From IMG/VR virus record IMGVR_UViG_3300009605_000020, positions 14,405-78,404 of that record: a stretch of 64,000 nucleotides of DNA; one strand, 5' to 3'. This DNA is from a virus. The position numbers and the translations under genes were made by a program. The notes below the pieces were generated by a model. That model was not told where the DNA came from. It was given only the letters and a program-made list of their open reading frames with translations, and searched no databases. Shown piece after piece: positions 17,586-27,272 of this stretch (its first letter is position 1; each line of letters begins with the position of its first letter).

Positions 17586-18274
17586 ACAATATCAGCGTTA
17601 GATGCTACAGCAATTGCTTGCATTATAAAGGCCGGGTACGAGGCAGTGACGGTATCGGCAGGGCCTCCGCCAGATCCGCCCCACTTTAAATACACCGGGA
17701 CAGAACTCGATCGGACTGCGGCACCCAAATAATAAGTGGTTGACGTTCCGGGAGTGAGACCATCAACAATCCACTCCACATGAGTAACTGAATCCGCCGC
17801 GCTGCTTGCGGCCGTTCCAGTGAGGAGTACTCTCTTTTGATATTGATTGTCTAAAAATGTCCCGTTCGAAGAAGTGCATAGCGCAAATAAAATTGTATTT
17901 ATGTTGGCAACGTCAATAGTAACTTGGACTCTAATGCGAACCTTCCCGCTTTGGGGCACCACGAAAGCCACCTTACACGACGCATAGCCATCGTTATCGA
18001 GGACCGGGTGCCACGCGGATGCCGTCGCCGGAGCAATTGACAACGTCCACGAAGAAGCGGAGGCCGGATCAATATAAGTTTCACCTATTACCAAACCGCC
18101 GACTTGCTCAAAATCTACCGGAGAGACAACTCCCACGGTTGTTGAACTCTCTGGAATAGTTAAATCCATAACAGTTAGTGTTTTGATAACAGCGAGCTTA
18201 AGAAATCTTAGATTTTGTTCAAGAAAATGAAGAAGTCGATTTTTAGATCCCACTTCTGGGATTGGGCTGCTCAT
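17582..18274 (-). CDS. Putative virion/fibre-tip beta-sandwich protein (230 aa)
   Basis: Ser/Thr/Ala-rich beta strands (WIVDGLTPGTSTTYYLGA); GC-richer than its neighbours. Confidence 0.5.
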   Translation of the reverse strand: MSSPIPEVGSKNRLLHFLEQNLRFLKLAVIKTLTVMDLTIPESSTTVGVVSPVDFEQVGGLVIGETYIDPASASSWTLSIAPATASAWHPVLDNDGYASCKVAFVVPQSGKVRIRVQVTIDVANINTILFALCTSSNGTFLDNQYQKRVLLTGTAASSAADSVTHVEWIVDGLTPGTSTTYYLGAAVRSSSVPVYLKWGGSGGGPADTVTASYPAFIMQAIAVASNADIV

Positions 18275-18720
18275 TTAATGATTTCCGTTGAGATGGCAAA
18301 AATGCCTAGCGACGTTAATGTTCCAATTCCAAACCCCAAAGCGACAAGAAGAGGGCCGTCGGCTGGTTTTTGTTTTAATACTAAATCTTGCAGTCTCTCA
18401 TTCTCGGTAGTTTTAAGAATCATCATAGACTCATACCTGTCCTTCCATGAAAGAATTTCGACATCTTTATATGAAAGCTGTAACTCATAGTTCTGTTGTT
18501 GAATATGAAGTTCATAATCAACGCGCAGCTCACATTCCGTATCCTCAAACTTTTTATCAACCGCAATCTTTGCTGCGGCCTCTGGTGTTAGTAGCACTCC
18601 ATCAAACGGTGCTGGATCTCCAGTCTTAAGACTTGTAATCTCATAGGATTCATCAGCAATTGCGACCATTGGGCATGCTAAAAATGCAGCCAAATATAAG
18701 ATCAATAGCTTTTTAACCAT
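18271..18720 (-). CDS. Exported coiled-coil protein with C-terminal TM, spanin-like
   Basis: Signal peptide (..LAAFLAC.. or AIA-D), GDPAPFDGVLL, coiled coil, C-terminal hydrophobic helix. Confidence 0.5.
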   Translation of the reverse strand: MVKKLLILYLAAFLACPMVAIADESYEITSLKTGDPAPFDGVLLTPEAAAKIAVDKKFEDTECELRVDYELHIQQQNYELQLSYKDVEILSWKDRYESMMILKTTENERLQDLVLKQKPADGPLLVALGFGIGTLTSLGIFAISTEIIK

Positions 18721-19129
18721 GTTCTAATCCAAACAATCTAGCCAACTCGCGCGCTAAAACATCTGGGTCATTATACCCCTCTTCGACTAATTTTTTAATT
18801 TCTTTCTTTTTGTCAGCCTCCAGCTCTTGATTTTTTTCAGCATATTCTTTCTCTAATATCTCAATATTTTTATTATATTCAGCCAAGACGCGCTTTTTTT
18901 CTTCAGCTTCGCGGTTATGAATTTCGTTTAATTTATCAATCTCTTTTTTATATGACTCGCGTGAGTTTTCCAAGAGGTCGATAAGAGTGGCCACATACGT
19001 GCCATTTTTTGTAAAAGCCCATACCAAGATAGCAAGCACTAGCGCAACTAACAGCAATGGTATATACCAGTAGTGCTTTAGCCATGACAATATTTTTTTA
19101 ACTCTACTTTTTAACAGCAAAAGATTCAC
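18713..19129 (-). CDS. Inner-membrane spanin (Rz)-like protein
   Basis: N-terminal TM (YWYIPLLLVALVLAILVWAF) followed by a charged coiled coil; follows a holin-like gene. Confidence 0.5.
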   Translation of the reverse strand: MNLLLLKSRVKKILSWLKHYWYIPLLLVALVLAILVWAFTKNGTYVATLIDLLENSRESYKKEIDKLNEIHNREAEEKKRVLAEYNKNIEILEKEYAEKNQELEADKKKEIKKLVEEGYNDPDVLARELARLFGLEHG

Positions 19130-19332
19130 TAATTAACTCCCTTGAGGCGCGCCACTGTATCAACTATAGTTTGGCCGCCGATATATACCGTGGTTATAAT
19201 AACCCAATCGCCAGAAGTTAAATCCGCAAACAATAATAATGCCGTGGCGGTTGCCCAGGCCAAAAGCTTACGAGAAACTAACTTGTTTAATCCTCTATCT
19301 AAAAGATGTCTCATGATATCTCTCCTTTTCAA
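19129..19332 (-). CDS. Putative holin (about 60-67 aa, two TM segments)
   Basis: SRKLLAWATAT...WVIITTVYIGGQTIVD, typical of small phage holins; likely ATG start at M7 with AGGAGA upstream. Confidence 0.55.
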   Translation of the reverse strand: MKRRDIMRHLLDRGLNKLVSRKLLAWATATALLLFADLTSGDWVIITTVYIGGQTIVDTVARLKGVN

Positions 19333-19334
19333 TA

Positions 19335-19342
19335 TAATTAGT
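19335..19342 (-). promoter_or_regulatory. Putative late promoter ACTAATTA
   Basis: ACTAATTATA directly upstream of the holin-to-head gene run. Confidence 0.6.
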
Positions 19343-19369
19343 TCGGAGAGATGAACCAGGCGAGATTAT

Positions 19370-22300
19370 TTACTGTACGACCTTAGCATAGTTTCCTGGC
19401 TTCTCGATTATAATTTGAGTATCCACACAATCTTTCAGATTATCTAGATGTGAGATCAGAACCACAGTCTTGAAGTAAGACTTGATTAACTCAAGAATCC
19501 GAACAAACCCCTCCATATTATCTGCGTCCAAAGCTGTGCCCGGCTCGTCAAGAATAAAAATATCTCCCTTGGGCAAATTAGAAACCGACAGGAGTGCCAA
19601 ACGAATAGCCATAGCAGCAATTGTTTTCTCTGCGCCGGAGCCCATTTCAATCGGCCTTGGATCATGCTTGGGGTGCTTAATAAAAATATTAAGTCTGGCG
19701 CCGTCATCTTCAAAAAACGCTTCGAATGAAACTATATTAGCTAAAACCTTAGCAATTTCATTATTAATAGCGGGCAGCTGCTTTTTAATTATATCATAAG
19801 CAATCCCATTTGAGTGCATGCAACGCAAGTAAAGATCATAGGCGGCATATTCTTGCCGGATATCCCTCATTTCTTTTTGTTGCTCTGTCAAATTTTTGAG
19901 TTTCTGGTCTAGTGACCCCTTCCTACTATAATAATTTAATGTTAGCTTCTTGTAAGCATCGCGATGATTTTTATGTGCAGCTAACTTATCAAGAATTCTT
20001 TGACGCTTATCTGTGAGATGCTCAAAGTTTTCAATCGTTTCTCTGTTTTCCTCATATTCTTCAATTTTGTTTTGCAAGGAAAATAGTTCATTTTCATATA
20101 AAAGAATCTCAGCATTAGATCTCTCATAAAGTACTTGTTCATCTTTGAGAGATAATTCCTCCGTGGTTCGAACAGCGACAACATCATTATACTTACGTCG
20201 ATTCTCTGAAACCATAAGAGGGTCTAGGACCTTTAGCCCCGACCTTAAGCTTTTGATTACATCAACCTGAGCAAGAGCATTTTCTTGAACTTTCTTGATT
20301 CCTTTTTTTGCCTGATGTGCGTCATGTATAAATTTGCACATCGGAAAGCTATCTCCGCAGGGCACCTCATCTAGTAATTTTAATTTGGTATTTTGAGAAT
20401 TAAAATCCTTTTGAAGAAGCTTCGCCTTATTAACAGTAGCATCCAAAAGCTTTTGTTTGGCTTCTATTTGTTCTTGTCTATAGTCTAAATCGTCAATATC
20501 AAACTCACCAAGAAACCGCTGCAGTCTTTTCAAATGCCTTTTTGTTTTCTGGATGCCGACCTTTCTTTCTAGGTTTGCTTTTTTAGTTTGCTCTAGTTTT
20601 TGTGTTAACGTAATTTTCTTTTGTTGTGCCTCAAGAATATCTATAATGCCTGTGGGAATCGATTCTATTACTTCATTGGCTTCTACAAGATCTTCTTCTA
20701 AAGTAGATATCTCTTCTAAAGCGGACTCACACTTCTTCTCATGTAAGCCGAGTTCAAGTTGAGTTTTTTCTATCTCTTCCTTTACGTTGGCGATATTCTC
20801 ATCAAAATTTTTATCACCAATGCGGCGTAGTACGCCCTTAAGATCCGCACTGTCTTCCTTAGAGAGTCTAAACTTTTTCTCAAAAACTTCTAAATCTAAA
20901 AACTTGGCAAGTATCTCTTTCCGGCGAGTGGAACCTTCCTTAATAAAAGAAAGAGAATCTAGCTGGGAAGCCATAGATGTTAAAAGAAAATCTTCTATGG
21001 TTCCAAAATGCTTCCTAATGGCAGCGTCAGTCTTTATACGAGATGTGTCGTTAAGTCCTATGGTTTCATCCATGACGGGATCATAATAATCAAAATCTAG
21101 ATCTGTCTTTGCTTCCAGCGATTCTTCGCCCTTTAATTTCTTGGTATACTTTTCTGAGCGGCGAGAAATCGTATATACTTTGTTTCCTATTTGAAGCGTA
21201 AGTTTCCCGCTGCAGCTGTTCCTATTCTGGTTGATTACATTTAGATTCTTTCGTTCATTTTTTGAAGTGGTATTAAACAAGGTATATAATAGGCCATCAA
21301 TAATGCTAGATTTACCAGAATAGTTTTTACCGAATACGCCGACGATCCCACTTAGCTTTTCAAAATCTATTTTGTTGTTCTTGCCATAATTAAAAAGATT
21401 ATCCCACTCAAAACTGTTAAGTTTCCAATTAACATTTCGTGCTACATCCTCTGAGGCCTCTGCCATAGAGTTATATTTTTGGTTCAGAGCAAACACTCTT
21501 TCCATTAAATCATCAGAAACCTCATAGTCTTTTAGGTATTCTTTCATAAGTTTTTCTTGAACAGAAATGTCTCGTAGGTTCTCTCTAAAGAAGCCATTGC
21601 CATTTATATCTATTGTGCCCCTTTGGCCGGCTGCTCTATTTAAAAAAGTAATGCTTTCGGGCGCAAATCGGTGTTTGGCAACTTCTACGGCGCGCTTCAT
21701 AACGTTCAAAGGGAGGTTATTGTTGCTTACAAGCCTCAGGCGGGCTCCTGGTGCGATTTGGGTACCTTTGGGCATCCTACCCCTCGGAGTCAGCACAATC
21801 GTCACAAATGGCCGCGGGTTAAGCAATTTTATATGTTTTACCTTAAAAATGTCCTTATTTTCGATTTCCCATATCAAAAACCCCTTATCGTTTGTCTCTC
21901 CGTGATTTTGCTGTACAATGGATCCGCAATAACGAACTCGGCCTTCGTGATCGAGAATTTGATTAGTTTTGTGAATGTCTCCGAGCATCGCATAGTCGTG
22001 ACCTTCGAATATTGAAACGTCGTGATCGCCATGATCCATGACCCAGCCAATGTCAGTCTTCACCCCCATAATGGATCCGTGATAAACAGCAATATTAATT
22101 TTGCTAGGATCTGTGGGAGCTACCCAATTCTCTTCATCAAAGACAGACAACACATTCATAACGAGACCGGGCGCCATTTCCACCTCTCCGGAGTTTTTTA
22201 ACAAATGAAGATTCGGATGTTGCAATGCATTTACTATTGGGGTAATAGCATCTTGTCGTGACGAATTACGAAGATTCCCATCGTGATTACCAAGAATTAC

Positions 22301-22525
22301 ATATGTAGGTGCAATGCCCGCGAGAGTAGATAAAAACTCAGAACACAGCTCAACAAATTCTGGTGATATCTGCGTTTTGGTGTGAGCAATATCTCCGCCG
22401 ATATATATAAAGTCAACTTTTTCTTCTCGAAGACTTTCATACATAGAGTCAAATATCTTTCGATATTCGTAGTGATATTTAAGATTCTTGATGTGAACAT
22501 CAGCACAGTGTGCAATTTTATACAT
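19370..22525 (-). CDS. Fused SbcD/Mre11 nuclease and SbcC/Rad50 ATPase (T4 gp47-gp46-like, 1051 aa)
   Basis: Metallophosphoesterase motifs ADVH, GGD, GNHD, YHG, GDIH; then Walker A GKNYSGKSS, coiled coil with PCGDSFPMC, signature GSGAE, Walker B ILDEP, H-loop ISH. Confidence 0.92.
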   Translation of the reverse strand: MYKIAHCADVHIKNLKYHYEYRKIFDSMYESLREEKVDFIYIGGDIAHTKTQISPEFVELCSEFLSTLAGIAPTYVILGNHDGNLRNSSRQDAITPIVNALQHPNLHLLKNSGEVEMAPGLVMNVLSVFDEENWVAPTDPSKINIAVYHGSIMGVKTDIGWVMDHGDHDVSIFEGHDYAMLGDIHKTNQILDHEGRVRYCGSIVQQNHGETNDKGFLIWEIENKDIFKVKHIKLLNPRPFVTIVLTPRGRMPKGTQIAPGARLRLVSNNNLPLNVMKRAVEVAKHRFAPESITFLNRAAGQRGTIDINGNGFFRENLRDISVQEKLMKEYLKDYEVSDDLMERVFALNQKYNSMAEASEDVARNVNWKLNSFEWDNLFNYGKNNKIDFEKLSGIVGVFGKNYSGKSSIIDGLLYTLFNTTSKNERKNLNVINQNRNSCSGKLTLQIGNKVYTISRRSEKYTKKLKGEESLEAKTDLDFDYYDPVMDETIGLNDTSRIKTDAAIRKHFGTIEDFLLTSMASQLDSLSFIKEGSTRRKEILAKFLDLEVFEKKFRLSKEDSADLKGVLRRIGDKNFDENIANVKEEIEKTQLELGLHEKKCESALEEISTLEEDLVEANEVIESIPTGIIDILEAQQKKITLTQKLEQTKKANLERKVGIQKTKRHLKRLQRFLGEFDIDDLDYRQEQIEAKQKLLDATVNKAKLLQKDFNSQNTKLKLLDEVPCGDSFPMCKFIHDAHQAKKGIKKVQENALAQVDVIKSLRSGLKVLDPLMVSENRRKYNDVVAVRTTEELSLKDEQVLYERSNAEILLYENELFSLQNKIEEYEENRETIENFEHLTDKRQRILDKLAAHKNHRDAYKKLTLNYYSRKGSLDQKLKNLTEQQKEMRDIRQEYAAYDLYLRCMHSNGIAYDIIKKQLPAINNEIAKVLANIVSFEAFFEDDGARLNIFIKHPKHDPRPIEMGSGAEKTIAAMAIRLALLSVSNLPKGDIFILDEPGTALDADNMEGFVRILELIKSYFKTVVLISHLDNLKDCVDTQIIIEKPGNYAKVVQ

Positions 22526-22535
22526 AGAGTTTTCT

Positions 22536-23462
22536 TTAAGCTAAAATCGAATGTTGAAGCAAATTATCAAAATTCATTCGAACAGCTTTCTTTTTTCTTT
22601 CTTCGAATTCTGGGCGTGGCATTTCTCCAACATCTTTATAAGGATATATGTTCACCTTATACAATTCGATATCATATGTCAAGAGATTTTTAATAATTTG
22701 TAATGACTTCTTTTCAGCATCCGGATCTAACGCTATATAAACAGAAGCATCGTTTTTTACTATTTTTTGGAAAAGACGAGAATCCATTCGCAGAGTAGAA
22801 CCCAGCAAAGGAATAGAGTTGCTGCCTGCCACAATTGCATCGAATACTCCCTCCACTAAAGTTATATCTGACGTCCAATCAATAAAAAGATCATTAAACA
22901 CCACATCTCTATCGACAGGTGGATTTTTATATTTTGGATAGCCTTCATTATATGTGCGCGATATAAAATAGTTAACATTTCCGTCTTCATTAAATGAGGG
23001 AACAATAATACGATTTTCATATTCTCCCGAAGAACAATATCCGATCTTCCACCAAATTATATCTTTCTTGGTTATGTCCCTCTCTTTTAAATACTTCCTC
23101 GCCATAAAACCCGTAGGCGGCAACTTCTTATTTGCTAAAGAAATATATTCTTCCGGCAACGAGGTGGTTTGTTCTTCCTCTACTTTTTCTCCGAACAATT
23201 CTTCAAAGGCTGAGTAATCTATATCTTCTTCAAATTGTAGCCAAGCTTGGCGGTGTTTATAGCTACCAAACCTTCTTACAAGGTGATAGATATTTGGACC
23301 GCGCGAGTCGCAAACCCAACACTTAAAAACATTCTTTTTTATATTGATTGAGAGCTTAGGTTTATGATGATCGCAATACGGACAATGAAAAATTCTCTCC
23401 TCATTAGATCTACGACCTTGGCCGAGAATTTCGTTTAAGATTCTAAGTTTCTCTGCTTCCAT
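22536..23462 (-). CDS. dnaG: DNA primase (zinc ribbon plus TOPRIM)
   Basis: CPYCDH...FKCWVC zinc ribbon; YLKER, RIIVP, KYKNP, LVEGVFDA, LDPDA, KDVGE. Likely ATG start at 23462 (ORF track extends to 23471). Confidence 0.88.
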   Translation of the reverse strand: MEAEKLRILNEILGQGRRSNEERIFHCPYCDHHKPKLSINIKKNVFKCWVCDSRGPNIYHLVRRFGSYKHRQAWLQFEEDIDYSAFEELFGEKVEEEQTTSLPEEYISLANKKLPPTGFMARKYLKERDITKKDIIWWKIGYCSSGEYENRIIVPSFNEDGNVNYFISRTYNEGYPKYKNPPVDRDVVFNDLFIDWTSDITLVEGVFDAIVAGSNSIPLLGSTLRMDSRLFQKIVKNDASVYIALDPDAEKKSLQIIKNLLTYDIELYKVNIYPYKDVGEMPRPEFEERKKKAVRMNFDNLLQHSILA

Positions 23463-23968
23463 AAACCACAACCAGCCATGGCAACCACCAGGCTATCGGC
23501 TCTATCGCTATAGCCCGCCTTTGGATTTCCATACTTAGTATATTCTACATCAAACTCGGGTACTTTGTCAAGCACAAACTTCAAAACTTCTTCTTTTGCT
23601 TTGGCGCCCCGGGGTATTCTTATCCCATTTAGTTTGCGAGCTTCGTTAGCGCCCACATATTCAGGCTCGATACCAAATATGTTATAAACAATCAATGAAG
23701 CCATTCCATTAAAGCGTTGAAGTGTGGCCATTGTTTTTGCGCTTGAGCGGCCGCTTTTGAAAAATGTAAATGGTTGCTCAATCCAAATCTCTTGAACCAC
23801 TAGTGGCGGATGTTTTCTGGCAATAAGAAACTTCTTAAGAGTTTCTGCTTTTTCAAATAAACCTTTTTTCTTTCTTAAATCACAGTGATCACATAAAATA
23901 ATATCACCATTTTTATTTATGCATGTGACGCCCACAATGCTGGTACTAATGTCAAGCCCCAAAAACAT
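23435..23968 (-). CDS. ruvC: RuvC-like Holliday junction resolvase
   Basis: LGLDISTSIVG, WIEQP, KAKEEV and DRADS acidic catalytic motifs. Confidence 0.85.
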   Translation of the reverse strand: MFLGLDISTSIVGVTCINKNGDIILCDHCDLRKKKGLFEKAETLKKFLIARKHPPLVVQEIWIEQPFTFFKSGRSSAKTMATLQRFNGMASLIVYNIFGIEPEYVGANEARKLNGIRIPRGAKAKEEVLKFVLDKVPEFDVEYTKYGNPKAGYSDRADSLVVAMAGCGLWKQRNLES

Positions 23969-25203
23969 TAAATATCCAATTTAAACTTAAAGGTAAACTC
24001 TCGATTGGGGGTTTTTTTCACTGGGTTCGCCACTTTCGCTATAGCTATCAAATTTTTATTTTCGTCATATATGCCAACTTTCGATATATATGTCGTCTTT
24101 TCGAAACTTGCTGTAGGATCATTATACGATGAACTTACAATATTTTTAATGCTTCTGTCGGGATTTTCCAGAAAGATTTGGTTATCGCTAGGATTGCTAC
24201 TGGATACCGGAAATGATAAAAATGTAGGATTGTTGGAGTGATTTAGTTCGCTCTTGGGCGCTGTGGCCAACATAGTGATTGTCTGTATTTTGGTGGTACC
24301 AGACATCTTCATGGTAAACATTGAATTGGGTGCTATAACCGAACCTGAAATAGACTGCGCGAAATAGACCCAACGAGGAAAATCCCCAAACCCTGTTACG
24401 TATTCATCCGTTACGGAGGATAAAGCCCAGCTCCCCGTTAAAACTAGAAATCCTTCATTGTATAAAACGACGCCGGCGACACCACCAACGTTGGGTCCAT
24501 AAGTTTCTATCAACTCTCCATTTTTCTTGGTATCTTGCAGCCTTCCGGCAAGCGTCCCCGTAATATAAAATCCTAAATCCACTGTTCCTTTCTTTATTTC
24601 TGAACCGTAAAAGATTGAAGGCACAGAAACAAGACCGGTCGCGACCGTATCTAAGTCGCGCGCTGAGTTTGAATAGGCATATTCTGAAGTAAGATAAGTA
24701 TAATAGTTAAGGGTGTTCTTCAAAGTAAAGAGGTGGGTGGTGCTTCCCGCAACAAAAGGATTGGCCGCTGTAGCCATAGCCTGTGTGGAAGGAGTTTGAC
24801 GGGGTGCTCCTGCGGCATAATATTCTTTCGAAACGGAGGCCGACATGGGATAATAGAATTCTATAATGGCGCCGTAAGCCATATCATCAAACGTTTTTGT
24901 TGATACCGATTTAAAAGCGGTCCTTGTACCATCTTTGACAACCCAGGGATAGATGAGCCCCGTATTTTCTACCAGCCCTATGCGAGGAGGAGAGCCCACC
25001 GGTGGACTAAGTCTGTCGATATTATATTCGTATAAGCTAATATTGCCGGGGGGAACGTCCCTAATTGGATTTGTGTTAGCGCCGGATATTACAGCTTCAT
25101 TGTTGTAGTAAGCACTTCCACTAAATATTACAAATTCTACTTGAGGATAAGTTCTGATCGTATTGACGAAGATATCATTTTCTTCAAACTTATAAAACGG
25201 CAT
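23968..25203 (-). CDS. Baseplate/tail-collar-like protein (411 aa), paralog of 25212..26243
   Basis: EIKKGT, ELNHSNNPTF and C-terminal ISKVGIYDENKNLIAIAKVANPVKK resembling the DUF3751 C-terminal half. Confidence 0.65.
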   Translation of the reverse strand: MPFYKFEENDIFVNTIRTYPQVEFVIFSGSAYYNNEAVISGANTNPIRDVPPGNISLYEYNIDRLSPPVGSPPRIGLVENTGLIYPWVVKDGTRTAFKSVSTKTFDDMAYGAIIEFYYPMSASVSKEYYAAGAPRQTPSTQAMATAANPFVAGSTTHLFTLKNTLNYYTYLTSEYAYSNSARDLDTVATGLVSVPSIFYGSEIKKGTVDLGFYITGTLAGRLQDTKKNGELIETYGPNVGGVAGVVLYNEGFLVLTGSWALSSVTDEYVTGFGDFPRWVYFAQSISGSVIAPNSMFTMKMSGTTKIQTITMLATAPKSELNHSNNPTFLSFPVSSSNPSDNQIFLENPDRSIKNIVSSSYNDPTASFEKTTYISKVGIYDENKNLIAIAKVANPVKKTPNREFTFKFKLDI

Positions 25204-25211
25204 CGCATTCC

Positions 25212-26243
25212 TTAATAATCCAATCTCACCCTTAGCGTGAATTCATTACTAGAATCCTTTTTCAAAGGTTCGGAGAGCTTCGCCACAGCTAGTAGCTCAT
25301 TAGAAGGAGAATACAGGCCGACCGTCGTTGCATATGCAACAGGGTCATTGTCTGCTATTTCTTTGACAACGATCTTACTGGCACTTATGTATGTGGGATT
25401 CGAACTATAATTAAACTCATTATGGTTCGCCCTACAGAAATAAATTGTTGAATTTAATTCGGTAGTGTTGTTAAATTGAATGTTATTCAGCCGATTTCGC
25501 ATTCCATCGCATGCGCCAGAAATAGACCCCGAAACCAAATAATCATTGATAGTGCTTTGAGAATAAGCCGGTGTTCCAAAATAGCCGGCCGTGTTCCCAC
25601 CAAAAACAGATGCCGTTATAACTGCAATACCGGCCTGGTAATATAACAAACCTACCGGGGTACCACTTCCATCGGAAGCCGTGTGTAGCAGTGTATATTC
25701 CCCAGCTGGAGAATTAACCAAATAAGCATTCTTGTTTGCATCGTAAATAGTTAAGGGATTCGCGGGCGCGCTAACCACGCCACCCGTCAATAACGTCATT
25801 CCAAAAGATCCCTTTTTGATTTCATCTTTCGTTAGAAGTCTAGCAAAACTAAAGAATAGAGCTTCGCTTATTTTAGCACCGCCGGTAAGATCTCCATCTT
25901 GGTCGAACTCCCTAATCGATCCGGTTATATCGTAACCAACCAAAATTTGGGCTAGCTCATTATACATATTAATTTTTTTAGCTTCTTGTACGATTCCCGC
26001 AGATCCTGAAAGAGACGAGTTGGCACTAAAACCGGCCGTCAAATCAAAGATATGATTAGCCGAAGAGCTTAAATAGGGATAGTCATAAACTGACTGAAAC
26101 ATTCCATGAACATAATTTTTGATATTTAAATTGGGTTCGTAGGTGCCCGACACAATGGTGCCAGTAATTGGAATCGCCTCATGAAGCATCGAACGCGTTG
26201 AAGCGACATCGCTATTGGTTAATGTTTTAAATGTACTTGCCAT
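25212..26243 (-). CDS. Baseplate/tail-collar-like protein (343 aa)
   Basis: EIKKGS, EFNYSSNPTY and TTVGLYSPSNELLAVAKLSEPLKK. Confidence 0.65.
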   Translation of the reverse strand: MASTFKTLTNSDVASTRSMLHEAIPITGTIVSGTYEPNLNIKNYVHGMFQSVYDYPYLSSSANHIFDLTAGFSANSSLSGSAGIVQEAKKINMYNELAQILVGYDITGSIREFDQDGDLTGGAKISEALFFSFARLLTKDEIKKGSFGMTLLTGGVVSAPANPLTIYDANKNAYLVNSPAGEYTLLHTASDGSGTPVGLLYYQAGIAVITASVFGGNTAGYFGTPAYSQSTINDYLVSGSISGACDGMRNRLNNIQFNNTTELNSTIYFCRANHNEFNYSSNPTYISASKIVVKEIADNDPVAYATTVGLYSPSNELLAVAKLSEPLKKDSSNEFTLRVRLDY

Positions 26244-26252
26244 TTTTATACC

Positions 26253-27227
26253 CTATCCTGTATACCTGACATACCGTATCGGTATATCTATTTTGTATCC
26301 CGTTGACACCCCTGTGATGCGTACGGGAGAATCTATAAACTTATACTTACCCGCCGCGATGTCCGATCCATCAGAGTTAATAAGATCTGTGGTGCCTACA
26401 TGACCCAGCTGATCAAACAAGAAATCACTGGATCTCAATTCTACACTAGATCCAACACGGAAGGCTAGTCGCGTTCCTCGCGGTCCTAAAATAGATGAAT
26501 CAGCTGTAGAGCCTCCGGTGATATATATTACAAAAGCGCCGGCGCCACTTGCTGTTGAGGTGGCTACGTAATAACTAGCTATTTGGTCATCATCTATAAA
26601 AGAGTAGGCAGCGGGAGCAATTCCAGTTGTGCTGGGCGCTGGCGGCGTGCCTCCGGGGGGGGAATACAACGATCCAAGTCTATTATCCAATTCGATAATA
26701 TAAGCTGTTTCTACCAGATCTGCATTGAGAGCCACATTGGGGCTTATTTCGACGGTATCTAGACCTTGGTCAGCAGCTATATTATTGGGGGTACCTCCTA
26801 CCGTTGAGGCATTTAAAATGCCGGGGGAAAGAAAGCCGGAACCCATGCTGGTTAATTGGTCAACTGTAGTCTGGTTAACTGCAGCATAGAAAACGCCGTC
26901 AGAGTGTATTTTTGTATTTCCCTGGTCCCATAATTTAATTACCGGTAAATATAATAGATCGTTTCTATTAATGGACATTAGCTTAGATTTTAAATTGGAT
27001 GTATTATTTGTAAAGGCTTCTAGAATTGGGGTCTGCAATATCTGCAAATCGTAGTATGCCGAGCCGTTCGGATTATCGATATCGTATAATCCATAATTAA
27101 TTTCATCGTCTCCTAAAGCAAACTTTGCTATTCGGAAGCTTCCGTCGCCACGCGCGAGCCTCATCCTGCCGGTATCTGTGAGTACCGCATCTAATATAAT
27201 GTCACCTGAATTGTCTAAGAATGCCAT
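26253..27227 (-). CDS. Baseplate/tail-collar-like protein (324 aa)
   Basis: DAVLTDTGRMRLARG...FALGDDEINY resembling the DUF3751 N-terminal half. Confidence 0.65.
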   Translation of the reverse strand: MAFLDNSGDIILDAVLTDTGRMRLARGDGSFRIAKFALGDDEINYGLYDIDNPNGSAYYDLQILQTPILEAFTNNTSNLKSKLMSINRNDLLYLPVIKLWDQGNTKIHSDGVFYAAVNQTTVDQLTSMGSGFLSPGILNASTVGGTPNNIAADQGLDTVEISPNVALNADLVETAYIIELDNRLGSLYSPPGGTPPAPSTTGIAPAAYSFIDDDQIASYYVATSTASGAGAFVIYITGGSTADSSILGPRGTRLAFRVGSSVELRSSDFLFDQLGHVGTTDLINSDGSDIAAGKYKFIDSPVRITGVSTGYKIDIPIRYVRYTG

Positions 27228-27244
27228 AAAATAACCTCTCTCTA

Positions 27245-27252
27245 TAAATAGT
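27245..27252 (-). promoter_or_regulatory. Putative late promoter ACTATTTA
   Basis: ACTATTTATA immediately upstream of a GAGG SD; reads TATAAATAGT on the plus strand. Confidence 0.6.
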
Positions 27253-27272
27253 TAATAAATCAATAACTTGCC

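Noticed and set aside
15046-22525. Inteins or introns in TerL or SbcCD
   Set aside because: Motif spacing is continuous; no intein splice motifs or homing endonuclease signatures seen.
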